Below the pieces are notes generated by a model. It had not been told where the DNA came from. It was given only the letters and a program-made list of their open reading frames with translations, and ran no database searches. From an uncultured Alphaproteobacteria bacterium (GTDB lineage: Bacteria; Pseudomonadota; Alphaproteobacteria; Rhizobiales; Beijerinckiaceae), in assembly GCA_963720425.1 (NCBI GenBank), contig OY970391.1, positions 2,459,557-2,523,556 on the forward strand: 64,000 bases of DNA, given 5' to 3'. Shown piece after piece: positions 27,991 to 38,148 of this stretch. A program made the translations under genes and the position numbers. How positions within the stretch are numbered: the first letter of the stretch is position 1; each line of letters starts with the position of its first letter.

Positions 27991-28500
27991 ATGGAGGACA
28001 GCAATGTTCAAATTCACCGAGGGCCTGCCGCAGGACGTGATGGCGCCGGTCCCTCGCCCTCGCAGTTGCTGGCGGCGGCGATTGCAAACTGTCTCTCTGC
28101 AAGCCTTCTCTTCGCTCACGGCAAGTTCAAGGAGGATCCAGGGCGTTTGGCGACGACGGCCGTCTGCGAGATCGGGCGGAACGAAAAGAGCAGGCTACGG
28201 GTCACCGGAATCAAGGTCACCATGACTCTCGGCGTTGCGCCCGAATCGCTTAGCCATCTCGACCGGGCTTTGGCGCAGTTCGAGGATTTCTGCACGGTTT
28301 CGCAAAGCGTTCGAACCGGCAGGCCCTCACGGATGGAACATGAGCCTGACAACGCGCCGCATGCAACTCATGAAACCTGTCGCCTGCGCAAAGACAGAAG
28401 GAATACCCATCATGGCCCCCAATGCCGCCCAGCCCAGACTCTCCTTGAGGAGATTGCGCCAGCTTCAGCTACACCAACAATCGACTATGGTCGGGACTGA
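27991..28500 (+). pseudogene. OsmC-family gene copy 2, short N-terminus and replaced 3' end (chimeric)
   Basis: GPSPSQLLAAAIANCLSASLLFAHGKFKEDPGRL..FCTVSQSVRTG, then unrelated sequence including a copy of the ATPase leader (28396-28441). Confidence 0.55.
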
Positions 28501-28645
28501 CACGTCTTTGATCTGACCGCTGCCTCCATGTTCACTGCCTTACCGGTGAAACCCAATGCCCTGCAAGGGGGATTTAGCTTCTGAAGGAGCGCGCCGCCAA
28601 AGCTAACCCACTCATCGTCGCTCCAAACGGGGTTCTCGGGGAGGA

Positions 28646-28659
28646 TTGATCCGTCTCAA
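28646..28659. promoter_or_regulatory. FNR/FixK-type box TTGATCCGTCTCAA
   Basis: Perfect TTGA-N6-TCAA, 75 bp upstream of the DUF3141 gene start. Confidence 0.5.
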
Positions 28660-28733
28660 TGAGCCATTCGGCGATCCCATCGATACTGAACTAGAGGAGC
28701 GCCTCGACCAATCGAATGTGAAGGGACAAATCC

Positions 28734-31028
28734 ATGAAGATAATGCACGAATCAATGGCAAGGGCGGTGTCGGCAATGAGCCCGTTTGGCCTCGCGCTGC
28801 CCACTTTTCCGAATCCCTTCGCGGCGGCTCGCGGCAACATTATGACGGCTTGGCCAGAATACATGGTTGATGCGCTCCAGCGCAGCGTGCTCTTCCTCGA
28901 CCTGCTGCGGGAACGTGGCAACGAGGAGATCGAGATCACGTCGCGGCCGATGGCGACCGTGCTGCGCTTCGGCCATGAGGTGCTGATGAGCGGCCGATCG
29001 CTGCCACGGCCGATTAACTATGCGCTGTCGCGCATCGTGCCGCCGTCAGGGGTCCCGACAGACACGCGCAAGCGGCCGGTCGTAGTGGTGGATCCGCGCG
29101 CCGGCCAGGGGCCGGGCATCGGTGGCTTCAAGGCTGAGAGCGAGATCGGCGATGCCCTGAATGCGGGCCATCCGGTTTATTTCATCGGCTTCGGTGCTGA
29201 GCCCGCGCCCGGCCAGCAATTCCTCGACGTTGTCGAGGGACAGGTGAAGTTCTTCGAGCGTGTGGTCGAGCTCCATCCCGACGCACCGCGTCCGTTTGCC
29301 ATCGGCAATTGCCAGGCGGGCTATCAGACGCTGATGGTGGCCATGCTCCGGCCGGATCTGTTTGGGCCCTGCTTGGTCGCTGGCTCGCCAATGTCATACT
29401 GGCAAGGCGTGCACGGGAAAAACCCGATGCGCTATTCCGGCGGGCTGCTCGGCGGCAGTTGGCTCACCACAATGACCGGCGACCTCGGTAAGGGGAAGTT
29501 CGATGGGACTTGGCTGATCCTGAACTTCGACAGCCTTAATCCGGCAAACTCTCTGTGGGGCAAGCAGTACGAGGTCTATACCAACATCGACACCGGAGCA
29601 GAGCGCTTCCTCAAGTTCGAGAAATGGTGGGGCGACTTCATCGATCTGAATGACGACGAGCTGCAGTTTCTGGCGGATAAACTGTTCATTGGCGACAAGC
29701 TGACTCGCAACCAGCTGCAGTCGCGCGATGGCACGACCTTCGATGTCCGCAACGTCACCTCGCCGATCATCGTGTTCACCTCGTCGGATGACAATATAAG
29801 TCCACCGCCGCAGACGCTCGGCTTTATCCTCGATCTGTATCGGGATGTCGACGACATCCGCGCCACCGGCCGGACGATCGTGTACTGCTTGAACCACAAG
29901 ATCGGGCATCTTGCCCTCTTCGTATCCTCCAAGGTGGGTGCGAAGCAGGATGAGGAGTTCGTGCAGCTGATGGACGTCATCGACTGCCTGCCGCCTGGTC
30001 TCTATGAGATGGTCATCTCGCCGCGGCCGGCGGACGAGCCCCCGGGCGGCTTCGCCACCGGCGACTGGACGGCCCGCTTCGAAACCCGCTCGCTCGACGA
30101 CATCCGCGCGCTCGGGCGCAACAGCCCTGAGGACGACCGCGCCTTCGCCGCTGTGGCGCGGCTGTCGGAACTGAACCTCTCGATCTATCGTACCTTCATG
30201 CAGCCTCTGGTGCGCGCGCTCGCCAACCAGCCGGCGGCGGACATGGCCCATGCCCTGAACCCATTGAGGCTCAGCTACACGATCTTCGCCGACAGCAACC
30301 CCTGGATGAAGGGCGTACAACAGCTGGCAGCGGGCGTGGCGACGGTCCGCAAACCGGTGGCGCCCGACAATCCGTTTCTCGCGCTGCAGACGCAGGTCTC
30401 GGACAAGATCGTTGCCAGCTTGGATTCCTATCGCGTGGCGCGTGACAAATTGGCCGAGCAGATGTTTTTCGGCTTCTATGGATCGCCATTCGTGCAGGCG
30501 CTTCTCGGCCTCAACGCTCAAAGCGAGGTGCGGCCGTTGCCCGGCATCTCGCCTGAAAAACTGTCGGCACGAGAAGCTCTGGAAAATGCCGATGCGGCGA
30601 AGCTGCAGACCGGGGGCTTCGACGAAGCGCTGACCCGAGCGGTGCTGTACGTCAACGCGGCCGACCGGGCGTTCGACCAGCGCTGCGCCTTCGCATTGAA
30701 CGTCGCTCGCCAGCAGCTCATGCATCTCACGCTCGCCGAGTTCAAGGCGCTGGTGCGAGACCAAGCATTCATGCTGCAGCTCGACCGCGACCGTGCGGTG
30801 GAGGCGCTTGCGTCTCTGGTGCCGGCGGCGGACGCGCGGAAGGAACTCTTGAAACAGGTTCGCGCGATCATTGGTGCCGGCGTTCCCCCGGTCGCCGCGC
30901 AGCGCGAGCGCCTGGACCGACTGGCACAAGTGCTGGCAGTGCCGATTGAGAAGCCAGTGGCTCTTGCGGCGCCTAGCCGAACCTCTGCCGCTAGCGCGAC
31001 CGCACAGCCCGCCACGGTGTTGCACTGA
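28734..31028 (+). CDS. DUF3141-type large alpha/beta hydrolase with Cys nucleophile box
   Basis: 764 aa; AIGNCQAGYQ box; length and neighbourhood (MaoC-Pta, ackA, fabI) match what I recall for DUF3141 proteins. Confidence 0.7.
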   Translation: MKIMHESMARAVSAMSPFGLALPTFPNPFAAARGNIMTAWPEYMVDALQRSVLFLDLLRERGNEEIEITSRPMATVLRFGHEVLMSGRSLPRPINYALSRIVPPSGVPTDTRKRPVVVVDPRAGQGPGIGGFKAESEIGDALNAGHPVYFIGFGAEPAPGQQFLDVVEGQVKFFERVVELHPDAPRPFAIGNCQAGYQTLMVAMLRPDLFGPCLVAGSPMSYWQGVHGKNPMRYSGGLLGGSWLTTMTGDLGKGKFDGTWLILNFDSLNPANSLWGKQYEVYTNIDTGAERFLKFEKWWGDFIDLNDDELQFLADKLFIGDKLTRNQLQSRDGTTFDVRNVTSPIIVFTSSDDNISPPPQTLGFILDLYRDVDDIRATGRTIVYCLNHKIGHLALFVSSKVGAKQDEEFVQLMDVIDCLPPGLYEMVISPRPADEPPGGFATGDWTARFETRSLDDIRALGRNSPEDDRAFAAVARLSELNLSIYRTFMQPLVRALANQPAADMAHALNPLRLSYTIFADSNPWMKGVQQLAAGVATVRKPVAPDNPFLALQTQVSDKIVASLDSYRVARDKLAEQMFFGFYGSPFVQALLGLNAQSEVRPLPGISPEKLSAREALENADAAKLQTGGFDEALTRAVLYVNAADRAFDQRCAFALNVARQQLMHLTLAEFKALVRDQAFMLQLDRDRAVEALASLVPAADARKELLKQVRAIIGAGVPPVAAQRERLDRLAQVLAVPIEKPVALAAPSRTSAASATAQPATVLH

Positions 31029-31072
31029 GCGGGCCTGTTTTGCCGCACGCCTGACCCTACGGAATTGCAGCA

Positions 31073-32434
31073 ATGAAGACCATCGTAAACAAGACGTTCG
31101 AAGAGATCGCTCCCGGCGACTCTGCATCAATCCAGCGCAGCTTGCAGGCTGGTGACGTGCGGGCCTGGGATGCAGCCTTCGGCGATCCGGAGCTGCCCGC
31201 CGGTCCCGGCGAAAGCCAGTCCGCGACCGGAATCGTCACTTCTATCCTGGCGGCGCTGGTCGGTTCGGCTCTCCCAGGACCCGGGAGCGCGATCCGCACG
31301 ACTTCGGTGCAGATCAAGGGTGCCCTGCCGATCGGCGTGGTGATGACGGCGCGCCTCGTCGTGCGGGAGAAGCGGTCGGATCGGGGGATCGTCGTGCTGG
31401 ACGGCCAGTGCACCGACCCGGCGGGTCAGGTCGTCGCGACCGCGATCCTGGAAGTTGTAGCACCGACGACGCGGCTGCAACGCCAAGTGCCGGAGCACCG
31501 GCTCGAGGAGCTGGTCGAGCGCTGTCACGGTCTCAAGCCGCTGCTGACCGGCGTGGTGCACCCTTGCAGCGCCGATGCGCTCACCGGCGCCGTGGAGGCC
31601 GCCGAGGTCGGGCTGATCGTGCCCGTGCTTTTCGGCCCCGAGGCCGAGATCCGGCAGATTGCTGATCAGGAGCATCTGGACATCACTAAATGCCGGATCG
31701 TGGCCACGCAGAGTGCCGAGGATTCGGCGCAGAGGGCGGCCATGGCCGCGGGCGCCGGTGACGTCGCGGCGCTGATGAAGGGCAGCTTGCATACGGACGT
31801 GCTTCTGCACGCGGTCATGGAGAAGGAAGCGAAACTGCGCGGCGGGCGGCTGATTAGCCACTGTGTCATGATGTCGGTACCGACCTATGCGCGCCGCATG
31901 GTCATCAGCGACGTGGCGCTGAATATCGCACCGGACACCGACCAGAAGCGCGACATTTGCCAGAACGCGATCGGCTTCGCGCGCGCGCTGGGCATCGAGC
32001 TGCCCAAGGTGGCCGTGCTGGCGGCGGTGGAAATGGTGCGGACCAAGATGTCGGCTACCCTGGATGGCGCGATCCTCGCGAAGATGGCCGACCGTGGCCA
32101 GATCGTCGGCGGCATCGTCGACGGGCCGCTCGACCTCGATGCCGCGGTGGATGCCGAAGCGGCGCGGATCAAGCATATCTCGTCACCGATCGCGGGCCTC
32201 GCCGACGTGCTGATCGTGCCGAACATCGAAGCCGGCAATATGGTCTATAAGAACCTTGCCTTCATGGCCGATGCGCAGGTCGCGGGCCTTGTGGTGGGCG
32301 CGCGCGTGCCGGTGATTTTGACCAGCCGGGCCGACACCGCCGCAGCGCGCCGCTTCTCGGCCGCCGCCGCCGCGCTCTACGCCGCCGCGCTGGCGCGCGA
32401 TCCCACGATCCTCTCGCCCGAAACTGCGGAGTGA
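31073..32434 (+). CDS. bifunctional MaoC-type enoyl-CoA hydratase / phosphate acetyl(butyryl)transferase
   Basis: N-terminal hot-dog segment (NKTFEEIAPGDSASIQRSL) plus a C-terminal Pta-like domain (GSLHTD, VPNIEAGNMVYK). Confidence 0.8.
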   Translation: MKTIVNKTFEEIAPGDSASIQRSLQAGDVRAWDAAFGDPELPAGPGESQSATGIVTSILAALVGSALPGPGSAIRTTSVQIKGALPIGVVMTARLVVREKRSDRGIVVLDGQCTDPAGQVVATAILEVVAPTTRLQRQVPEHRLEELVERCHGLKPLLTGVVHPCSADALTGAVEAAEVGLIVPVLFGPEAEIRQIADQEHLDITKCRIVATQSAEDSAQRAAMAAGAGDVAALMKGSLHTDVLLHAVMEKEAKLRGGRLISHCVMMSVPTYARRMVISDVALNIAPDTDQKRDICQNAIGFARALGIELPKVAVLAAVEMVRTKMSATLDGAILAKMADRGQIVGGIVDGPLDLDAAVDAEAARIKHISSPIAGLADVLIVPNIEAGNMVYKNLAFMADAQVAGLVVGARVPVILTSRADTAAARRFSAAAAALYAAALARDPTILSPETAE

Positions 32435-32439
32435 TCGGC

Positions 32440-33618
32440 ATGAGCGAGGCCATCCTCGTCATCAATGCAGGCTCCACCAGCGTGAAGTTCGCTGCCTATG
32501 CGATAGACGGACAGCGGGCTCTGACCTTGATCAGTCAGGGCGAGGTGAGCGACATGGAGACCGACCCGCAGTTCATTGCGAAAAGCTCGGCAGGCAAACA
32601 GCTGGAGGGGCATAAATTTGGCAATGGTCACGCGATCGACCACAAGACAGCGCTGCACTTCGTCATCACTTGGCTCGAGAAAAACATCGGGGGCATGAAG
32701 GTGGTTGCGGCCGGCCACCGCGTGGTGCTCGGCGGCACCAGGTTCGAGGCGCCCGTGTTGATCGACGCCGATGTCCTGGCCTATCTCGACTCGCTGGTGG
32801 TGATGGAGCCGTCGCACCAGCCCTACAATGTGCGCGGCGCCCGCGCGCTGGCTACGGCCTTCCCCGGCCTGCCGCAAGTGGCTTGTTTCGACACTTCGTT
32901 CCACCGGACGATGCCGGAGGTGGCGCAGATCTACGCCTTGCCGAAGGACGTCCTGGACGACGGCGCGCGGCACTGGGGCTATCATGGCATCTCTTACGAC
33001 TATATCAGCCGGCAGGTCCCGAAATACGCGCCCGAAGCGCGGCGGGTGATCGCCGCGCATCTCGGTGGCGGCGCCAGCATGTGCGCCATGCTGGAGGGAA
33101 AGAGCGTCGAAACGACGATGGGCTTCGGCGCACTGACCGGTCTGCCGATGGCGACGCGCTCGGGCGACGTGCCGCAAGATCTCCTCTTCTATCTGCTGCG
33201 CCGCAAGCTCTTCGACGACGTGACGTTGGAAAAGATGTTGTACCAGCGTTCGGGCTTGCTCGGCCTGTCGGGCATCAGCGACGACATGCGCGAGCTGCAG
33301 GCGAGCGATGATCCGCGCGCCGCCGCAGCGATCGCCTTCTTCATCTACGCGATGACGAAATACGCTGGCGCCTACGCATCTGTGCTGGGCGGCCTCGATG
33401 CGTTCGTCTTCACAGCCGGCATCGGCGAGAATTCGGCCCCGGTGCGGGCGGGGCTGTGCCGCGCCCTCGGCTGGCTCGGCGTGGTGCTTGACGAGGCGGC
33501 GAACGAGCGCGACGGACCGCGCATTTCCACCGAGGACAGCCACGTCTCGGTGTGGGTCATTCCGACGAATGAGGAACTGATGATCGCGCAGCACACGCTG
33601 GCGCTCGTTCGCCCTTAG
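32440..33618 (+). CDS. ackA: acetate kinase
   Basis: ILVINAGSTSVKF, GHRVVLGG, FDTSFH, HLGGGAS, FTAGIGEN, PTNEELMIA. Confidence 0.9.
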   Translation: MSEAILVINAGSTSVKFAAYAIDGQRALTLISQGEVSDMETDPQFIAKSSAGKQLEGHKFGNGHAIDHKTALHFVITWLEKNIGGMKVVAAGHRVVLGGTRFEAPVLIDADVLAYLDSLVVMEPSHQPYNVRGARALATAFPGLPQVACFDTSFHRTMPEVAQIYALPKDVLDDGARHWGYHGISYDYISRQVPKYAPEARRVIAAHLGGGASMCAMLEGKSVETTMGFGALTGLPMATRSGDVPQDLLFYLLRRKLFDDVTLEKMLYQRSGLLGLSGISDDMRELQASDDPRAAAAIAFFIYAMTKYAGAYASVLGGLDAFVFTAGIGENSAPVRAGLCRALGWLGVVLDEAANERDGPRISTEDSHVSVWVIPTNEELMIAQHTLALVRP

Positions 33619-33662
33619 AGAAGGCCCACGTGTTGGCGGCGAAAGCTAGAAGGAATACCCAC

Positions 33663-36600
33663 ATGGCCCCCAATGCCACCCAGCCCAAGACTCCCGAATC
33701 CAAGCCGGAATCGAAGCCTAATGCGAAAGACGATTTGAGATCTCTGCCCCTGGCGGAGGTGGAGAAAAAGCTGGGTTCGTCACCAAATGGCCTCACGCAA
33801 GCCGCGGCGCAAAAGCGGCTGATCCAATATGGGCCCAACGAGATTGAAGAAAAGAAGACCAATCCGTTCCTGAAATTCCTCTCCTATTTTTGGGGTCCGA
33901 TTCCGTGGATGATCGAAGCGGCGGTGATCCTTTCGGCGATAGCCCGGCATTGGCCGGGATTTGCCATTATCCTGCTTCTGCTTTTGACCAACGCCGTGGT
34001 CGGCTTCTGGGAAGAACGCCAAGCGGGAAACGCCATAGCCGCGTTGAAGGCGCAGCTCGCGATCAAGGCCCGCGTGAAACGTGATGGGAAGTGGATCAAT
34101 CCGCCGGCATGTGAGCTGGTGCCGGGCGACATCATCCGGTTGCGCTTGGGCGACATTGTGCCGGCGGATGCCCGCTTGTTGGACGGCGACCCGGTGGAGG
34201 TGGATCAGTCGGCGCTGACGGGAGAGTCCTTGCCCGTGACTCACATGCCGGGCGACGCGGTGTTTTCCGGCTCGATCATTCGCCAGGGCGAAATCGGCGC
34301 CCTGGTCTATGCCACGGGTACGAACACGTATTTCGGCGAGACGGCGCAGCTGGTGCAGCAGGCGCATACCGTCAGCCATTTTCAACGCGCGGTGCTGAAG
34401 ATCGGCAATTACCTGATCGTCCTCGCGGTGGCTTTGGTGACAGTGATCATCGCCGTCGCGATCTTCCGCGGCGACCCGATCCTTACGACGTTGCAGTTCG
34501 CCCTGGTGCTGACCGTCGCCGCAATTCCCGTCGCGATGCCGACGGTGCTGTCGGTGACGATGGCCGTCGGCGCGCGCCTGCTCGCGAAGAAACAGGCGAT
34601 CGTGAGCAAACTAGTGGCGATCGAGGAACTGGCGGGCGTGGACGTGCTCTGCGCGGACAAGACCGGCACCCTGACCCAGAACAAGTTGACCCTGGGCGAT
34701 CCGTTCAGCGTGAACAATATTTCCGCCCACCAAGTGATCCTGAATGCCGCGCTGGCGTCGCGCGCGGACGATAATGACACGATCGATCTTGCCGTTCTGG
34801 GCGGCCTGAAAAATGATCAGGCCTTGAAAAGCTACCAGGTGACCCATTTCCAGCCGTTCGATCCGGTGCATAAGCGCACCGAAGCCACCGTCAAGGGCCC
34901 GGACGGAAAGGCGTTCAAGGTGACGAAGGGCGCGCCGCAGGTGATCCTGGCGCTGTCGGCCAATGCCGCGCAGGTGAAGGCCGCCGTCGACAAGGCGGTC
35001 AATGATTTTGCGGCGCGCGGGTTTCGTTCGTTGGGCGTTGCGCGGGCCGATGGCGATGGACAATGGCAGTTTCAGGGTGTGCTGCCCCTGTTCGATCCGC
35101 CACGCGACGATGCCGAGGCGACCGTGGCGACCGCGCGAAAGATGGGGGTGAAGATCAAGATGGTGACCGGCGATGCGCTGGCCATCGCCGTGGAAACCGC
35201 CAAGAAACTCGGGATGGGCACGGACATCCTCGATGCCAGCGGCCTGGGCGACGCAAAACATAAGGAGACCGCATCGGAAACTGCGTCCATCGAGAAAGCC
35301 GACGGTTTCGCTCAGGTGTTCCCCGAACAAAAGTTTCACATTGTGGATGTCCTGCAAAAGCATGGCCATATCGTCGGCATGACGGGCGATGGGGTGAACG
35401 ACGCCCCCGCGCTGAAGCAAGCCGACTGCGGCATCGCTGTTTCGGGCGCGACGGACGCGGCGCGCGCGGCGGCGGCCATCGTGCTGCTGACGCCCGGCCT
35501 GTCGGTGATCATCGACGCGGTCAAGGAGAGCCGCCGCATCTTCCAGCGGATGAACAGCTACGCGATGTATCGCATCGCCGAGACGCTGCGTGTGCTGTTC
35601 TTCATGACGTTGGCGATCCTGATCTTCAACTTTTATCCATTGACGGCGGTGATGATCGTCATGTTGGCGTTGCTCAACGACGGCGCCATCCTGTCGATTG
35701 CTTATGACAATGTTCATTACAAGGATCAGCCCGAGGCCTGGAATATGCGCCTGGTGCTGGGGATCGCCACGGTGTTGGGCGTTATCGGCGTCGTGGCCGC
35801 GTTTGGCCTGTTTTATCTTGGCGAGCGCGTCTTTCACCTCGACCACGCGCACATCCAGACGCTGATGTATCTGAAGCTGTCCGTGGCCGGGCATCTGACG
35901 ATCTTCTTGACGCGGACGCGCGGCCCGTTCTGGTCCATACGCCCCGCGCGGATTCTATTGATAGCGGTGTTCGGCACGCAGACATTGGCGACTCTGATCG
36001 CAGTCTATGGGCTGTTTATGACACCGCTGGGCTGGGGTTGGGCAGCGTTCGTTTGGTTCTATGCCGTGGCTTGGTTTCTCGTGAATGACCGCGTGAAGCT
36101 GCTCGCCTATCGGATCTTCGATCCAGTGAAAGCCGAGCCCAAACCGGAGGCCAAGGCCGAGCCTGAGCCTGACGCCAAGGCCGCCCCTCAGCCCGACGCC
36201 AAAGCCGGGGCCAAGCCCAAACCGGAAGCCAAGGCCGAGCCCAGGCCGGAAGCCAAGGCCGAGCCTGAGCCTGACGCCAAGGCCGCCCCTCAGCCCGACG
36301 CCAAAGCCGGGGCCAAGCCCAAACCGGAAGCCAAGGCCGAGCCTGAGCCTGACGCCAAGGCCGCACCTCAGCCGGAAGCCAACGCCGAGCCTAAACCTGA
36401 AGCCAAGGCCGGGGCCAAGCCCAAACCGGAGGCCAAGGCCGAGCCTGAGCCTGACGCCAAGGCCGCCCCTCAGCCCGACGCCAAAGCCGGGGCCAAGCCC
36501 AAACCGGAAGCCAAGGCCGAGCCCAAACCGAAAGCCAAGGCCGAGCCTGAGCCTGACGCCAAGGCCGCGCCTCAGCCGGAAGCCAACGCCGAGCCTAAAC

Positions 36601-36869
36601 CTGAAGCCAAAGCCGGCGTCGCGACACCGCTCAACACGTCGCTCGGTGACCTCCTCCTGGCTGGCCTCGTCAAAGACCCGGAGGATGCGGGGCGTATCAT
36701 CGCCGCGGCTATCACCCAGGCTGAGGCGCCCATCGCGGCCGCAAAGGCGCCTGAAACCAAAGCCGAGCCTCAGCCTGAGGCCAAAGCCCAGCCGGAAACC
36801 AAAGCCGCGCCCAAACCAGATGTCGTAGCCAAGACGCCGTCCGATTCGACGCCGCGGACCGCCAAGTAA
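33663..36869 (+). CDS. P-type ATPase, plasma-membrane H+-ATPase (type IIIA)-like, with a long repetitive C-terminal extension
   Basis: [40 protein letters not shown]; about 250-aa PEAK-rich tail. Confidence 0.85.
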   Translation: MAPNATQPKTPESKPESKPNAKDDLRSLPLAEVEKKLGSSPNGLTQAAAQKRLIQYGPNEIEEKKTNPFLKFLSYFWGPIPWMIEAAVILSAIARHWPGFAIILLLLLTNAVVGFWEERQAGNAIAALKAQLAIKARVKRDGKWINPPACELVPGDIIRLRLGDIVPADARLLDGDPVEVDQSALTGESLPVTHMPGDAVFSGSIIRQGEIGALVYATGTNTYFGETAQLVQQAHTVSHFQRAVLKIGNYLIVLAVALVTVIIAVAIFRGDPILTTLQFALVLTVAAIPVAMPTVLSVTMAVGARLLAKKQAIVSKLVAIEELAGVDVLCADKTGTLTQNKLTLGDPFSVNNISAHQVILNAALASRADDNDTIDLAVLGGLKNDQALKSYQVTHFQPFDPVHKRTEATVKGPDGKAFKVTKGAPQVILALSANAAQVKAAVDKAVNDFAARGFRSLGVARADGDGQWQFQGVLPLFDPPRDDAEATVATARKMGVKIKMVTGDALAIAVETAKKLGMGTDILDASGLGDAKHKETASETASIEKADGFAQVFPEQKFHIVDVLQKHGHIVGMTGDGVNDAPALKQADCGIAVSGATDAARAAAAIVLLTPGLSVIIDAVKESRRIFQRMNSYAMYRIAETLRVLFFMTLAILIFNFYPLTAVMIVMLALLNDGAILSIAYDNVHYKDQPEAWNMRLVLGIATVLGVIGVVAAFGLFYLGERVFHLDHAHIQTLMYLKLSVAGHLTIFLTRTRGPFWSIRPARILLIAVFGTQTLATLIAVYGLFMTPLGWGWAAFVWFYAVAWFLVNDRVKLLAYRIFDPVKAEPKPEAKAEPEPDAKAAPQPDAKAGAKPKPEAKAEPRPEAKAEPEPDAKAAPQPDAKAGAKPKPEAKAEPEPDAKAAPQPEANAEPKPEAKAGAKPKPEAKAEPEPDAKAAPQPDAKAGAKPKPEAKAEPKPKAKAEPEPDAKAAPQPEANAEPKPEAKAGVATPLNTSLGDLLLAGLVKDPEDAGRIIAAAITQAEAPIAAAKAPETKAEPQPEAKAQPETKAAPKPDVVAKTPSDSTPRTAK
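36127..36615 (+). repeat. in-frame tandem repeat (units of 102/78/102/102 bp) encoding the Pro/Glu/Ala/Lys tail
   Basis: GCCGAGCCTGAGCCTGACGCCAAGG recurs at 36156, 36258, 36336, 36438 and 36540. Confidence 0.85.
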
Positions 36870-36873
36870 GCCG

Positions 36874-37782
36874 ATGAACCCTATGAGCGGCGAACGCGCT
36901 GGAAGGAAGACGATGAAAATACATACGAGGGACTTCCGCGTGCGCGAAGGAGACGAGGTCGATCTCGAGAAGTGGCCGACGAAGGTCGATCCCGTGTACA
37001 AGTCGAAGGATCAATACGAGAAAATTTTGCAGGAGCACGTTGAGCAACTGAGCTCGCTGCAGCACCTGCACTACGCATCCAACCGCTATGCGATCCTGTT
37101 GATCTTTCAGGCGACCGATGCGGCGGGAAAGGACGGCGCCATCAGGCATGTGATGTCCGGCGTCAATCCCCAAGGCTGCCAGGTGTTCAGCTTCAAACAT
37201 CCCAGTCCCGCCGAATTGGAACACGATTTTCTTTGGCGCACGACACGCGATCTGCCGGCACGCGGGAAGATCGGCATTTTCAACCGATCCTATTACGAGG
37301 AAGTGCTGATCGTCCGCGTGCACCCCGAGATTCTTCGCAGCGAAGGGCTCGTGGATCCGCCGAGCGATGACAAAACGCTTTGGCAAGACCGGTATCGTTC
37401 AATCGTGGATTTGGAGAGACATCTCCATGACAATGGAACCCGCATCATCAAGTTCTTCCTCCACCTCTCGAAGGAGGAGCAGCGAAAGCGCTTCCTCGCA
37501 CGCATCGATGAACCGCAGAAGAATTGGAAATTCAGCATGGCGGATATCGAAGAGCGGAAATTCTGGAAGGATTATGTGAAGGCCTATGAGGAATGCCTCG
37601 GTGCGACAAGCACGAGCGACGCACCCTGGTATATCGTTCCTGCTGACGACAAAGAGAATGCGCGGCTGATTGTATCTCAGATCGTCCTCGATACGTTCGA
37701 GGAACTCAAGATGACTTATCCTAAAACGACCGAAGAGCGTCGGCAGGAATTGCTGTCTATCCGTAAGGAACTGGAGAAATGA
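36874..37782 (+). CDS. ppk2: polyphosphate kinase 2 family protein
   Basis: [49 protein letters not shown]; the start may be ATG 36913. Confidence 0.85.
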   Translation: MNPMSGERAGRKTMKIHTRDFRVREGDEVDLEKWPTKVDPVYKSKDQYEKILQEHVEQLSSLQHLHYASNRYAILLIFQATDAAGKDGAIRHVMSGVNPQGCQVFSFKHPSPAELEHDFLWRTTRDLPARGKIGIFNRSYYEEVLIVRVHPEILRSEGLVDPPSDDKTLWQDRYRSIVDLERHLHDNGTRIIKFFLHLSKEEQRKRFLARIDEPQKNWKFSMADIEERKFWKDYVKAYEECLGATSTSDAPWYIVPADDKENARLIVSQIVLDTFEELKMTYPKTTEERRQELLSIRKELEK

Positions 37783-38148
37783 GAATCGAGTTCGCAGACG
37801 CAAGCAGATTATGATGAAAGAGAGTGCGAGGGAATCAGATGCCTCTAATCGACGACAACGTTGGAGCGGAAGGTGTCGAACCTGGACCGCCAGCTGTCGC
37901 GTCGATCCCCTCAGCCACAGGAAGCGGTTCTGAAGGCGGTATGAGAGGCCAGCGAGCCGAGCCGCATATGCTGGCTGATGAACGCCTATCGGCTACTCGG
38001 TCATCGCGCTGGCCACCAATCCCGTCATCTCCGCCGTATCGAACGGCGCATCGCGGCACGAGCCCGGAAGCCGCCTAAGGTTGTTGCAGGAATTGTGGCG
38101 GCCGATTGTCCGCCGCAACCTTTGGGGCATGTCGATGTGAAAGGAACA

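Noticed and set aside
29394-37001. Very long minus-strand ORFs (29394-31130, 31127-32176, 32377-33594, 34611-35894, 35955-37001)
   Set aside because: All are antisense to well-supported plus-strand genes (DUF3141, MaoC-Pta, ackA, P-ATPase). They have low-complexity Arg/Gly/His-rich sequence and no recognisable motifs. They are GC-driven open frames.
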